NCBI GenBank assembly: GCA_044376115.1
Contig: JBILLK010000029.1
Location: 64,001 to 128,000 of the forward strand
DNA length: 64,000 nucleotides
DNA from: Polyangiaceae bacterium
GTDB lineage: Bacteria > Myxococcota_A > Polyangia > Polyangiales > Polyangiaceae
Reading direction: 5' to 3'
Position 1 is the first letter of the stretch, and every line of letters starts with the position of its first letter. Of the stretch, positions 38,032 to 47,071 are shown piece after piece. The position numbers and the translations under genes were made by a program. The notes beneath the pieces are model-generated. The model did no database searches, had not been told where the DNA came from, and saw only the letters and a program-made list of their open reading frames with translations.

Positions 38032-38798
38032 ACCATCATAGTCAAGGCTGCCGTGCGGCCAACCCTAGCTCCGTTCAAAGCTTCCGCGTTGTCCTTCGAT
38101 TGCACGTTCGCAGCCTCGAACTCGGGTGGCGAAGCCGCAACACACAAGTCCTTCGCACGCTGGAACACCTCGCGCCGCGAGACCCCCAACACGCGCAAGA
38201 GCGCCCGCTGATCCCAAACGAAGGCAGCCGTCGCGGCCAGCGTTGCCGAGTTCAACGCCACGCGCGCGCCGCCCGGCCATCCAAGGCTGTCGAAGTAGGC
38301 GTGCTGATAGTGCAAATGACGGTGCTCTTCCTTCGCGATCCGCCGCACGACTTCGCACAACGGCGGGCACGGCACGCGCTCCGCCAATAGCTCATAAAAA
38401 ACAATGCCAACGATCTCGGCTGCCGCGAGCACCAACATTTTCGTACGAAAGCCAATGAGCCTACGTGCCTGTCGAAAGGCGTTGGCTGTACGGACATCGG
38501 TTCTTACCGTGCCGCCCAAGGCCCTAACCAACTTTCCCAGCTCACGCGCGTGACGTCCTTCTTCTGCAATGTAGAGCCGCATGGTGGTGACGAAGTCGGC
38601 ATCGCCCCGCGCATGACGCGCAGCCTCTGCCACAATCCGCCCTTCGCCGGTTTCTCCTGCCTGAAACGTCAGCAACGCGTCGATCAGCGGCGCCCGCAAT
38701 GGCTCCGGGACCTCTAGCTCGGCAGGCACCACCGAGTCAGGGCGATGCTCATTGTTGACAAAGGTCGCAAGGAACCGGCTCGCGTTCATGGTGTTCAT
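38028..38798 (-). CDS. Ferritin-like di-iron domain protein
   Basis: FQAGE, EEGRH, AAEIVG..FY, EEHRH (two ExxH motifs). Confidence 0.8.
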   Translation of the reverse strand: MNTMNASRFLATFVNNEHRPDSVVPAELEVPEPLRAPLIDALLTFQAGETGEGRIVAEAARHARGDADFVTTMRLYIAEEGRHARELGKLVRALGGTVRTDVRTANAFRQARRLIGFRTKMLVLAAAEIVGIVFYELLAERVPCPPLCEVVRRIAKEEHRHLHYQHAYFDSLGWPGGARVALNSATLAATAAFVWDQRALLRVLGVSRREVFQRAKDLCVAASPPEFEAANVQSKDNAEALNGARVGRTAALTMMV

Positions 38799-38931
38799 GA
38801 AGCAAGAACTAGCGCTGAAAGAGCCTCCTTATCGCGTAGTCCCCGTGGAGAAGCGTGCACGCTTGTGAGCGGCGCAAGGGGCTCGTGAAGTTTTGGTGGA
38901 GGCTCTGTCGGCAACCTGCAAACTCGGAAGA

Positions 38932-40290
38932 CTACGGACGAACTCGTGCGGCTCGCCGACGCCGCAAGGTCGCAACCGCGAGCGCCCCCAGCGTCAGCCA
39001 GCTCCACTTGGGACTTCCCTCACCCGTCGCATTGCAACCCGAACTCGCTCCGTCGCTCGATCCCGAATCGGAAGCGCCCGACCCCGAAGAGTTGGCGCTA
39101 TCCGCTCCGCCTTCACATCCAGGTGGCAATGGCGGGCACTCGGGCGGCGTGCCTTGGGTGTTCTCGACAAAGTAGAAACGAGCGATCGGAGTTTGCGAGG
39201 GCGAGGCGCTGAGTACGAGGTCATCGGTGAGCGCTGGTCGCGAGAGCTCCGCCGACATGCGGGAGATCCAAAGCTGGCTCGGGGTTATCCCGGCAAACAG
39301 CGTATTGAGGTCCGCCTCGGCCTCGGCGACAGCACCGGTTCCAAGCTCGTCCCCATAGCCGCTGCTCAGCGGCTCCTCTTCGGCGACCGTGATCAGGTTC
39401 GCGAAGTTGCCGTACGACTGGGGCTCGGCCGTCTCGAGATGCCAAGCGAAGCCGTCACTCTCGTCAAACCGTTGCTGCCGCAGCGCGGAGTAGTTGCTCT
39501 TGGAAACGTCCCAATCCCAAACCAACTCCTGCTGCTCAATCACGAAGCTAGGGAAGTTCTGCGGCTGATAGCGGCCTTCACTCACAACCCACAGCGTCAC
39601 CGCCGTGGTTGCCCCAGTCCCGGCCGCCACCATACGCAAAGGCAGCGTGAGGCCAGCGCCCGGAGACGTGATGCGAACTGGCCGCATCGAATCCACGCCT
39701 TGGCCCGGTACTAAGCGCATGGCCAGAAAGTCGAAGCCATCGACGACATACGAATCAACCACGGCCTGAACATCGGCCGGAATCACGTAGCCGTGCGTCG
39801 CCAGCCAATCTGCGAGAGCCTGCGGATCCGAAGCCGAGAGCTGCACCGTCTCGTAAGGACCCACCACCTCCTGAGCGATTACCTCGACCCCACTGCCGGT
39901 GGAGCCACCGGGACCAGGGCCCGGCCCGACGCCTGAGCCGCTGCCGTTGAAGCAACTACTGCTGCAATTGATGGTTGGTGAAACGATCGTGGTTTGAGTC
40001 TGATTCTCGAGCGTCGCAAACAGCAGATCGGAGGAGAGCCCGATCTCCACTTTACCCTGAATCGGCAATATCCACGCAAAGCTCTCCGGAGAACCTGAAT
40101 AGCTAATCTGGTCGTAGAGCGTGGACTGCGTATTGGACAGGCTGAGCACCATGCGGTGGCCCGTTACCTGGGTATTCTCGCTCTCGGAAATGAAACAACC
40201 GCCACAAGCCTCAGCCTGCTCGGGCGCACTCACGAGTGCCAGCATGCCAGCAGCGATCATCAACCCCACACCAAGCCCAGTAAGCTTCAT
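38932..40290 (-). CDS. DUF2330-like surface protein with MYXO-CTERM sorting signal
   Basis: AEA|CGGCF, FAWILP, VGPYETV, WL..HGY, LPLRM. C-terminal GC + TM + RRRR. Confidence 0.88.
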   Translation of the reverse strand: MKLTGLGVGLMIAAGMLALVSAPEQAEACGGCFISESENTQVTGHRMVLSLSNTQSTLYDQISYSGSPESFAWILPIQGKVEIGLSSDLLFATLENQTQTTIVSPTINCSSSCFNGSGSGVGPGPGPGGSTGSGVEVIAQEVVGPYETVQLSASDPQALADWLATHGYVIPADVQAVVDSYVVDGFDFLAMRLVPGQGVDSMRPVRITSPGAGLTLPLRMVAAGTGATTAVTLWVVSEGRYQPQNFPSFVIEQQELVWDWDVSKSNYSALRQQRFDESDGFAWHLETAEPQSYGNFANLITVAEEEPLSSGYGDELGTGAVAEAEADLNTLFAGITPSQLWISRMSAELSRPALTDDLVLSASPSQTPIARFYFVENTQGTPPECPPLPPGCEGGADSANSSGSGASDSGSSDGASSGCNATGEGSPKWSWLTLGALAVATLRRRRAARVRP

Positions 40291-40304
40291 CCTCGGATCG
40301 TGGA

Positions 40305-41681
40305 CTAACGAGCCAGCGGCAGCAAGACGGCCACGGTGGTTCCGCGTCCAAGCTCACTGGTCAAGCTCAGTTCTCCGCCCATCCGCGTGACCAACTCGTG
40401 GGCGATCGCCAAACCGAGCCCGGCGCCCGAGCGCTCCTGGGGCCGCTCGAGCCCTTCGTCGGCCGTGGCGCGAGCTCGACCGCGCGCGGCGTCTACGCGA
40501 TAAAAGCGCTCGCTCAGCTTCGGCAGATGCTCGGCGGCGATGCCTGGGCCATCGTCGCTAATGGTGATTCGGCCGCGCCCGCCATGCTCATCCACCACCA
40601 GGGAGACCTTCGTATTCGCGTACTTTAACGCATTATCGGTCAGCGCCCGCACAACTTGCCGCAGTCGAGCCAAGTTCGCCTGGGCGAAGACCGTCGAACC
40701 GCGGGCCTGCAGCTCGAGGGCGGTCTCTTGGGCCAGCGGCCCCAACTGCGCAGCGACCTCCTCCGCCACATCGAGCAACGGAGTTGGCGCGAGCTCGAGC
40801 GGCGTCTCGGCCGCGTCGAGCCGCGCAAGCTCGAGCATCACCGACAACAAATCCGACAGCTCCACCGCGTCCCGCCCCAACTGCCGTGCCTCCGCTCCGG
40901 CGGCGGTAGCAGCGCCTCCCAGCTCGGCCGTGAGCAGCTCAGCGCGGGCTCGAATCACGGCGACTGGCGTACGCAGCTCGTGGCTCGCATCTCCGATGAA
41001 ACGCTGCTGGCGAGCGATTGACCGCTCGATCGGCCCCATCGCGCGGCCCGCCAAAAAGACGCTCGCCAGCGCGCCGAGCAGCAGCCCCAAAGCGCCGGTT
41101 GCGCCCAAAATCAGCTGCGTGCGTAGCACCGCTGATTGCGACTCGGCGGTCGGCTTGGCCAGCTGCAATACGCTGTCCACCCGGCCGTCAAAGCGTAGCG
41201 GCAGCGTATGGACCCGCATCGGAGCGCGCCCGACGACGCGGTCGCTGAAGCTGGCTTCACCGCGCAACGCCGCCGCGATCCCAGCTGGATCGGCGGGCTC
41301 GGAGAGCGGGGGACCACCATCGATGCGTTGGAGCTCGCCATCGCGGCCCCAGCTGACGATTAGCGGCGCCTCCGAGGCGACAAACACGTGCGTAGCTTCG
41401 GTTTGTGAGCTGGTGCGCGCGCGGCCTCGCTCGCGGTCTTCGTCGTCCTCGTCATCGTGCTCGCGATCGCGCCCTGAATGTCGCTCGCTGCGCTCATGCT
41501 CGATCAGCGCCCCAACGCGAACGCTGGCCGCCTGCAATTCCTGGTCGATGGCGCGGGCAGCAGAGCGCTGCGCCGAGAGCCCTGCCGCGCCCAACGTGAT
41601 GAGCAGCACAAGCGCGAACACCGCCAGATTGAGCGCGGCCAAGCGGTAGCGGATACGCCGCAGCTCACCCGTGGTGTTCAC
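40305..41681 (-). CDS. Sensor histidine kinase
   Basis: Two TM helices; DASHELRTP; DNALKY; DDGPGI; RFYR; GAGLGL. Confidence 0.95.
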   Translation of the reverse strand: MNTTGELRRIRYRLAALNLAVFALVLLITLGAAGLSAQRSAARAIDQELQAASVRVGALIEHERSERHSGRDREHDDEDDEDRERGRARTSSQTEATHVFVASEAPLIVSWGRDGELQRIDGGPPLSEPADPAGIAAALRGEASFSDRVVGRAPMRVHTLPLRFDGRVDSVLQLAKPTAESQSAVLRTQLILGATGALGLLLGALASVFLAGRAMGPIERSIARQQRFIGDASHELRTPVAVIRARAELLTAELGGAATAAGAEARQLGRDAVELSDLLSVMLELARLDAAETPLELAPTPLLDVAEEVAAQLGPLAQETALELQARGSTVFAQANLARLRQVVRALTDNALKYANTKVSLVVDEHGGRGRITISDDGPGIAAEHLPKLSERFYRVDAARGRARATADEGLERPQERSGAGLGLAIAHELVTRMGGELSLTSELGRGTTVAVLLPLAR

Positions 41682-42347
41682 TCAGACGCCCAGTGCATAG
41701 CCCACACCGCGCACCGTTCTAATCAGTGGAGCCTTGCCCTTGGTGTCGATCTTGTCGCGCAAGTAGTGCACATAGGTATCGACGATGTTGCTGGTGCCTT
41801 CGAAGTCTTCCGGCCACACGGCCGCGAGGATCTGATCGCGCGTCAATACGCGACCAACGTTCTTCATCAGGTGCTCGAGCAGGACGAACTCGCGCGCCGT
41901 CAGCTCGATCGTCCGCGCGCCTCGCTTAGCTTCCCGACGCGCCGGGTCGAGCGAAAGATCGCCGAACCGCAGCACGGTCTCCCCTTCCGACTTGCGGCGC
42001 AAGAGCGCCCGCAAGCGCGCTGCGAGCTCCACGAAGGCGAACGGCTTTACGAGGTAATCATCCGCCCCCGCGTCGAGCCCTGCCACCCGGTCGTCGACGC
42101 TGTCACGGGCTGTAAGCATCAAGATCGGTGTGGCCACCTTCAGACGCTTGAGCCGCATACAGATTTCGAGGCCGCTCATGGTCGGTAACATCACGTCGAG
42201 CAGCAGCACGTCGAAGGGGCTCGCCTTCGCGCGCTCGAAGCCGTCCGAGCCGTCCGCAACCGCCTCCACCTCATAGCCCTCGCGGACCAGGTTTCGCGTG
42301 AGGAGTTCACGCAGCCGAGGCTCATCTTCAACCACGAGGATACGCAC
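41682..42347 (-). CDS. OmpR-family response regulator
   Basis: LVVEDE, LLDVMLP, LTARD, GADDYLVKPF, TVRGVGY. Confidence 0.96.
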   Translation of the reverse strand: MRILVVEDEPRLRELLTRNLVREGYEVEAVADGSDGFERAKASPFDVLLLDVMLPTMSGLEICMRLKRLKVATPILMLTARDSVDDRVAGLDAGADDYLVKPFAFVELAARLRALLRRKSEGETVLRFGDLSLDPARREAKRGARTIELTAREFVLLEHLMKNVGRVLTRDQILAAVWPEDFEGTSNIVDTYVHYLRDKIDTKGKAPLIRTVRGVGYALGV

Positions 42348-42379
42348 AACGTCACGCTACCACCGCCCAAAGAACTTGC

Positions 42380-42395
42380 ATGAGAGGGCTCTCAT
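42380..42395. promoter_or_regulatory. Palindromic operator ATGAGA-N4-TCTCAT (copy 1)
   Basis: ATGAGAGGGCTCTCAT between the divergent regulator and apbE operons; the same motif occurs at 44857. Confidence 0.7.
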
Positions 42396-42439
42396 CTTGC
42401 TCCCAACCAGCGCTCAACATCGCTGACTACGGTTGCTTC

Positions 42440-42816
<377 letters not shown>

Positions 42817-42817
<1 letters not shown>

Positions 42818-43659
42818 TGGCCAGCTTTCGCGCTATGTCGACGCAGGTCAATCTGCTCTGCCCAACGCAAACGGCGCGCGAGGAGCAGCTGCTTGCGCAC
42901 TTCGTCGCAGAGCTATTTCAGGCTGCCGAGAGTCGGTTTAGCCGCTTCCGCGCGGACAGCGAGCTTTCACGGTTGAACCGTGACGCCGAGCTGCAAACCT
43001 CCGCGCAGCTCAGCGCAGCGCTCGCGCGCGCCGAGCAATACCGGCTGTTAACCGCTGGGCTCTTCGATATTCGTGTCGGCCAGGCGCTGACTCGCTGCGG
43101 CTACGACCGCTCTTTCCAACCCGGTGCTTTGGATCGCGCCGAGCCGCCGGGCCCACCCGAGCCCGAGCCGTCTCGCTCGCTCGACCTCGGCGGCATGATC
43201 AAGGGCCACGCCGTGGATTGCGCGCGGGCGCTGCTGCCAGCTTGCAGCGTGCTCGACGCGGGTGGCGATCTCGCGCTCGTTGGTGCGGGGCCGGATGGTC
43301 GAGGTTGGCCGGTGGAGATCGAAGATCCGCGCAACCCCGAGGCTACGCTCGTGACGCTTCGACTCGCCGACTGTGCTGTCGCAACCAGCGCAGCCAATAG
43401 GCGGAGCTGGCAGCGAGCGGGCAAGCGCCAACACCACCTGATCGATCCGCGCACCCAACGACCGAGTCAGTCCGACCTGCTGCAGGCCACGGTAGTGGCA
43501 CGCTCGACCGAGCTAGCCGAGGTCTTGGCCAAAGCGGCGTTCATCGGCGGTAGCGAGGTTGCGCGTCGTTTGATGCGTGCATGCGACACGCAAGGCGTAT
43601 TCGTCCGCGAAGACGGGTCTTGGTTCGCGATCGGCGAGTTGGAGGTGGACCGTGGCTAA
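42817..43659 (+). CDS. apbE: FAD:protein FMN transferase
   Basis: FRAMST, FSRFRADSELSRLN, LDLGGMIKG, AGGD, VATS, HHLIDPRT. Confidence 0.93.
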
Positions 43660-44191
43660 CGGCCTTTGGATCGCGACGCGCGCGCTTGGGATAACCGCCT
43701 ATCTACTGCTCTCGATCGCGATGCTGGTTGGGCTCAGCCTCTCCACGCGAACAACGCCGCGCAGCAAGCTGGTGAGTCCCTTGGCGTTGCACCGCGCCCT
43801 CTCGCTCCTGGCGATCCTAACTACGCTGGGCCACGCAGGACTGCTGCTATTTGATAAGAAGGTAGCGTTTGGTCTGGGCGAGCTGCTCATTCCGCTCCGC
43901 AGCAGCTATAGGCCATTCGCGGTCGGTCTCGGCACGGTGGCACTCTACCTGCTGCTGCTTTTGGAATTGAGTCAGCACGCGCGCAAGTGGCTTGGCCAGG
44001 CCGCCTGGCGAACCATGCACGCCTTGACCTTCGTGCTCTATCTCGCAGCCACCTTCCACGGCATTAGCGCTGGTACCGACTCAGCCCGGCCCGCCCTTTG
44101 GCTGCTCTACCTCGGCTCCGCGACGCTCATCAGCGGGATGCTCTTCTTGAGGCTGTTCCGCTTGGTGGTCCCGCTGCGAACAGGCGGCTGA
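43652..44191 (+). CDS. Ferric reductase-like (MsrQ-like) heme-binding transmembrane protein
   Basis: GGAGG RBS before GTG 43652; W...RA.G; LHR.L; GH; WR.MH; FHG..AGTD. Confidence 0.88.
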   Translation: MANGLWIATRALGITAYLLLSIAMLVGLSLSTRTTPRSKLVSPLALHRALSLLAILTTLGHAGLLLFDKKVAFGLGELLIPLRSSYRPFAVGLGTVALYLLLLLELSQHARKWLGQAAWRTMHALTFVLYLAATFHGISAGTDSARPALWLLYLGSATLISGMLFLRLFRLVVPLRTGG

Positions 44192-44195
44192 AGGA

Positions 44196-44804
44196 TCAAT
44201 CCCAACGAGCTCGACAGCATGCGCTGACGTCCGTGAGCGTCTCCACCTCACCAACGAAGTTGCGAGCACCCGCCACCTCACAGGCAGCGCCCCAGGCTTT
44301 GGTGATGTTGTCGACGATGCTGGCCGTGTAGAGCCGAAACGGAGAATCGATCTGAACCGTGGCGGAGCCTTTCGCTTGTGCCACCACTCGCAGCTCAGTA
44401 CCTCGACGAAAGGCTCGCCAGCGATTGGCTGAGCCCGACAAGATCCGCTCCGGGCCAACGAGGCGAAAGAGCACTGCATACAAGGGCGAGCGCATCAGCC
44501 GACGGTTGCGCGCTTCCACCCAGGCCGAGAGCACGTCGGGCGCCAGCTGCTCTTCATGGGCCATCAGCAGTGCGTTGAACGACACCTCCGAGACCCATGC
44601 ATTGGGCAACGGAGGTTCATCGAGCAGGGCGACAAGCGGAGCTGGCAAGCCCTCTCGGACGAACGGCACCGGCGTCGAGCCCAACATGCTCGCTAAGATC
44701 GACCCCTTGACCTGGCACTGCGGGTGGGAGTCGAGCCCATCGGGGAGACGGCTCAGGTACTCGGCTGCTTTGGGGTATCGACGTGCATCCACCGCAGACA
44801 ACAT
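44196..44804 (-). CDS. Myxobacterial hypothetical protein (DUF2378-like)
   Basis: VKGS..., LP.AWV.E, W..FRRG, ends ARWD; general resemblance only. Confidence 0.6.
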   Translation of the reverse strand: MLSAVDARRYPKAAEYLSRLPDGLDSHPQCQVKGSILASMLGSTPVPFVREGLPAPLVALLDEPPLPNAWVSEVSFNALLMAHEEQLAPDVLSAWVEARNRRLMRSPLYAVLFRLVGPERILSGSANRWRAFRRGTELRVVAQAKGSATVQIDSPFRLYTASIVDNITKAWGAACEVAGARNFVGEVETLTDVSACCRARWD

Positions 44805-44856
44805 TCCGGATCAAGGTACGGCACGACGAGCCAAAGCATGAGGACAAAGTCGTCGC

Positions 44857-44872
44857 ATGAGAAGCCTCTCAT
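44857..44872. promoter_or_regulatory. Palindromic operator ATGAGA-N4-TCTCAT (copy 2)
   Basis: ATGAGAAGCCTCTCAT upstream of the cytochrome b gene. Confidence 0.7.
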
Positions 44873-44916
44873 CAAACGCACAGTCGATACTCAATCAGCG
44901 GCCGCATGCTCGAACC

Positions 44917-45627
44917 ATGAAGCAGAACATCCTGGTATGGGACCTTCCAACCCGCCTCTTTCACTGGCTCTTGGCGGCGAGTGTGCTCGGGGCCTTCGCC
45001 ATTGGTTCGCTCGTTGATGACGATAGCCCGGGCTTTTCGCTGCACATGCTGCTCGGCGCGCTCGCCGCGTTCATGGTGCTATTGCGAGTGATTTGGGGGC
45101 TCGTCGGCTCACGCTACGCTCGCCTGTCGGCGTTGAGTCTGAGTCCAATGGCGGTAATTGACTACTTCCGAGGCATGCTGAAAAAGAGCGATCGACGCTG
45201 GCTAGGGCACAACCCTGGCTCGAGCGTCGCCATCGTAGCCATGGTGCTGCTGGTGCTCGCCGTGGCTGGGAGCGGGGCGCTGATGGGCTCGTATCACGCA
45301 CTCGAGGAGCTTCATGAGATCCTCGCCTATACGCTCATGGCCACCGTCGTCGGCCACGTTGCAGGCGTCCTCCTTCACACGGTTCGGCACCGTGAGAACC
45401 TCCCATTGGCGATGCTCGATGGGCGCAAACAAGGCGCCCCGAAGGACGCCATTCCGTCGAGTCACCCGCTGGTTGCGCTCGGCTTCCTCGGCTTGACGGC
45501 GGCCTTTGGCTTGGCCCTGATCCAAGGTTACAGCCGTACCGACGGCACCGTTCGCCTGCCCCTGCTGGGGACCACGCTCACGTTGGGAGAGGGCGCTGAG
45601 CAGGGCGAGGCCGAGGACGACGATTGA
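44917..45627 (+). CDS. Cytochrome b/b6 (Ni/Fe-hydrogenase cytochrome b-like) domain protein
   Basis: VWDLPTRLFHW, H..LG, RVIWG..GSRYAR, GHNP, EELHE, H.AGV, ENL..AM..GRK. Confidence 0.92.
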   Translation: MKQNILVWDLPTRLFHWLLAASVLGAFAIGSLVDDDSPGFSLHMLLGALAAFMVLLRVIWGLVGSRYARLSALSLSPMAVIDYFRGMLKKSDRRWLGHNPGSSVAIVAMVLLVLAVAGSGALMGSYHALEELHEILAYTLMATVVGHVAGVLLHTVRHRENLPLAMLDGRKQGAPKDAIPSSHPLVALGFLGLTAAFGLALIQGYSRTDGTVRLPLLGTTLTLGEGAEQGEAEDDD

Positions 45628-45646
45628 GGGCTGGCCCAACGATCCG

Positions 45647-46312
45647 TCAGGTCAGCAGCCCTCGTATCTGCTGCACCGACTGCTCGGCCTCCTCCGCCGG
45701 CAGTGCCTCGGTCACGCGGAACGCTGCGCCCTCGCGATGCACGAGCCATACCTCCTGCAGGCCGAGCTGCCACGGTCTGAGCTCCACCGCTGCGAGCGCC
45801 TCGAGCGAGAACGTCGCGCTCGTGCGCTTCGAGAAATCACGAATCGCCCGCAACTCGATCTGATCGCCCTGACGACGGAGCCGAACCGGCACCAGCCAGA
45901 GCAACACGATCCGCGCGATTACCTGCACTGAACACCAGGCAAACAGCGCCGCTAGCGTGGCTGTGATGATGTAGATCAGCCCGTCACGGATCGATGGACT
46001 TCCCCACACAATCACCGCCCCCAGCGGGACGAACAGCAGGCACCCAAGCGCGAACGGCAACAGCACCAGCAACACGAACGCGAGCGATATGCCCGAGGGC
46101 CGCCAGGTAAGCGACTGCTTGTCGCTGCCTGCGAGTGCGATCGACTGCGAGTGTTCGCGCAGCGTTGGATCACTGCACCACTCCAACCCGCAGCGCTCAC
46201 AGCTCCAAAAGGAACGCCAGCCACTGTTGGGTCGCGGCGAGCGATACGACTCGCTCGCCGGCCCATCGCAATGAGCGCATGCTCGCAGAGAGGCGTCCTG
46301 CTTCACACGCAT
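45647..46312 (-). CDS. Hypothetical membrane protein with N-terminal zinc ribbon
   Basis: CAHC...CERC; two TM helices. Confidence 0.65.
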   Translation of the reverse strand: MRVKQDASLRACAHCDGPASESYRSPRPNSGWRSFWSCERCGLEWCSDPTLREHSQSIALAGSDKQSLTWRPSGISLAFVLLVLLPFALGCLLFVPLGAVIVWGSPSIRDGLIYIITATLAALFAWCSVQVIARIVLLWLVPVRLRRQGDQIELRAIRDFSKRTSATFSLEALAAVELRPWQLGLQEVWLVHREGAAFRVTEALPAEEAEQSVQQIRGLLT

Positions 46313-46357
46313 AGGCCAGCAAGCCTAGCGGCTTCGACGCAGGACGCCAGGCTCGAC

Positions 46358-46972
46358 TTACTGCAGAGCAGCCATCGCAGCGTGACCCTTTTGCACGTGC
46401 TCGTTGGCCTTGATGCCATCGAAGTAGGCCTGAGCGTTCGCCGGCAGCGTGATGCCGAGGAAGCCCGTCCACGAGAGCACGATGTAGGCGTAGAGATCGG
46501 CGGCGCTGAGCGACTTGCCGTTGAGGAAGCTCTTCTTGCCACCGTCGAGGCGGACCATGAGCTTCTCGATGCGACGCAGGGCGTTCGCCACGGCGCCCTC
46601 ACGGGCCTCCGGGCTCAGCGTGGGGTTGAACAGCGCGCCAACACCGGTGTGCAGCTCGCTCGCGACGAAGGCCACATCATTGAGGTACGCGTAGCGCTCG
46701 ATCGTTCCCTCTTTGGGCGACAAACCAGCGTTGCCGTGGTCCGCGAGGTAGGTCAGCGTGGCGACGTTCTCGTTGAGGATCGTACCATCGGCGAAGGCGA
46801 TGGTGGGGACGTTGCCCTTCGGGTTGACGGCGTAGAAATCTGCGCCCGACTTGGTCTTGTGGGTCGCGAGATCAACCGTCTCCGAGTCGAAGGTGAGGCC
46901 GCCGATGGAGGCCGCGAGGAAGTTGGCTGCGCCGCAGCTGGTGGGTGTGTAGTAGAGCTTGAACGAGGTCAT
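46358..46972 (-). CDS. Glutathione S-transferase (beta class-like)
   Basis: KLYY..SC, VDL.THKT..G.DF..VNPKGNVP, ENVA.L.YLAD, SELH, SAADLY. Confidence 0.93.
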   Translation of the reverse strand: MTSFKLYYTPTSCGAANFLAASIGGLTFDSETVDLATHKTKSGADFYAVNPKGNVPTIAFADGTILNENVATLTYLADHGNAGLSPKEGTIERYAYLNDVAFVASELHTGVGALFNPTLSPEAREGAVANALRRIEKLMVRLDGGKKSFLNGKSLSAADLYAYIVLSWTGFLGITLPANAQAYFDGIKANEHVQKGHAAMAALQ

Positions 46973-47071
46973 GGCGCGCAAGGTAGCTGGGCTTACGCCG
47001 CTGGGTACAGCCAGAGTCGAAACTCACTGTTCAAATAGTGCGACAATCGACCTGGTCTCGGGCCGGCACTC

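Noticed and set aside
40540..41649. Long antisense and alternate-frame ORFs (e.g. 40540..41649, 35250..36140, 59638..60645, 22523..23305)
   Set aside because: Shadow ORFs expected in high-GC DNA, opposite well-supported genes and with no motifs.
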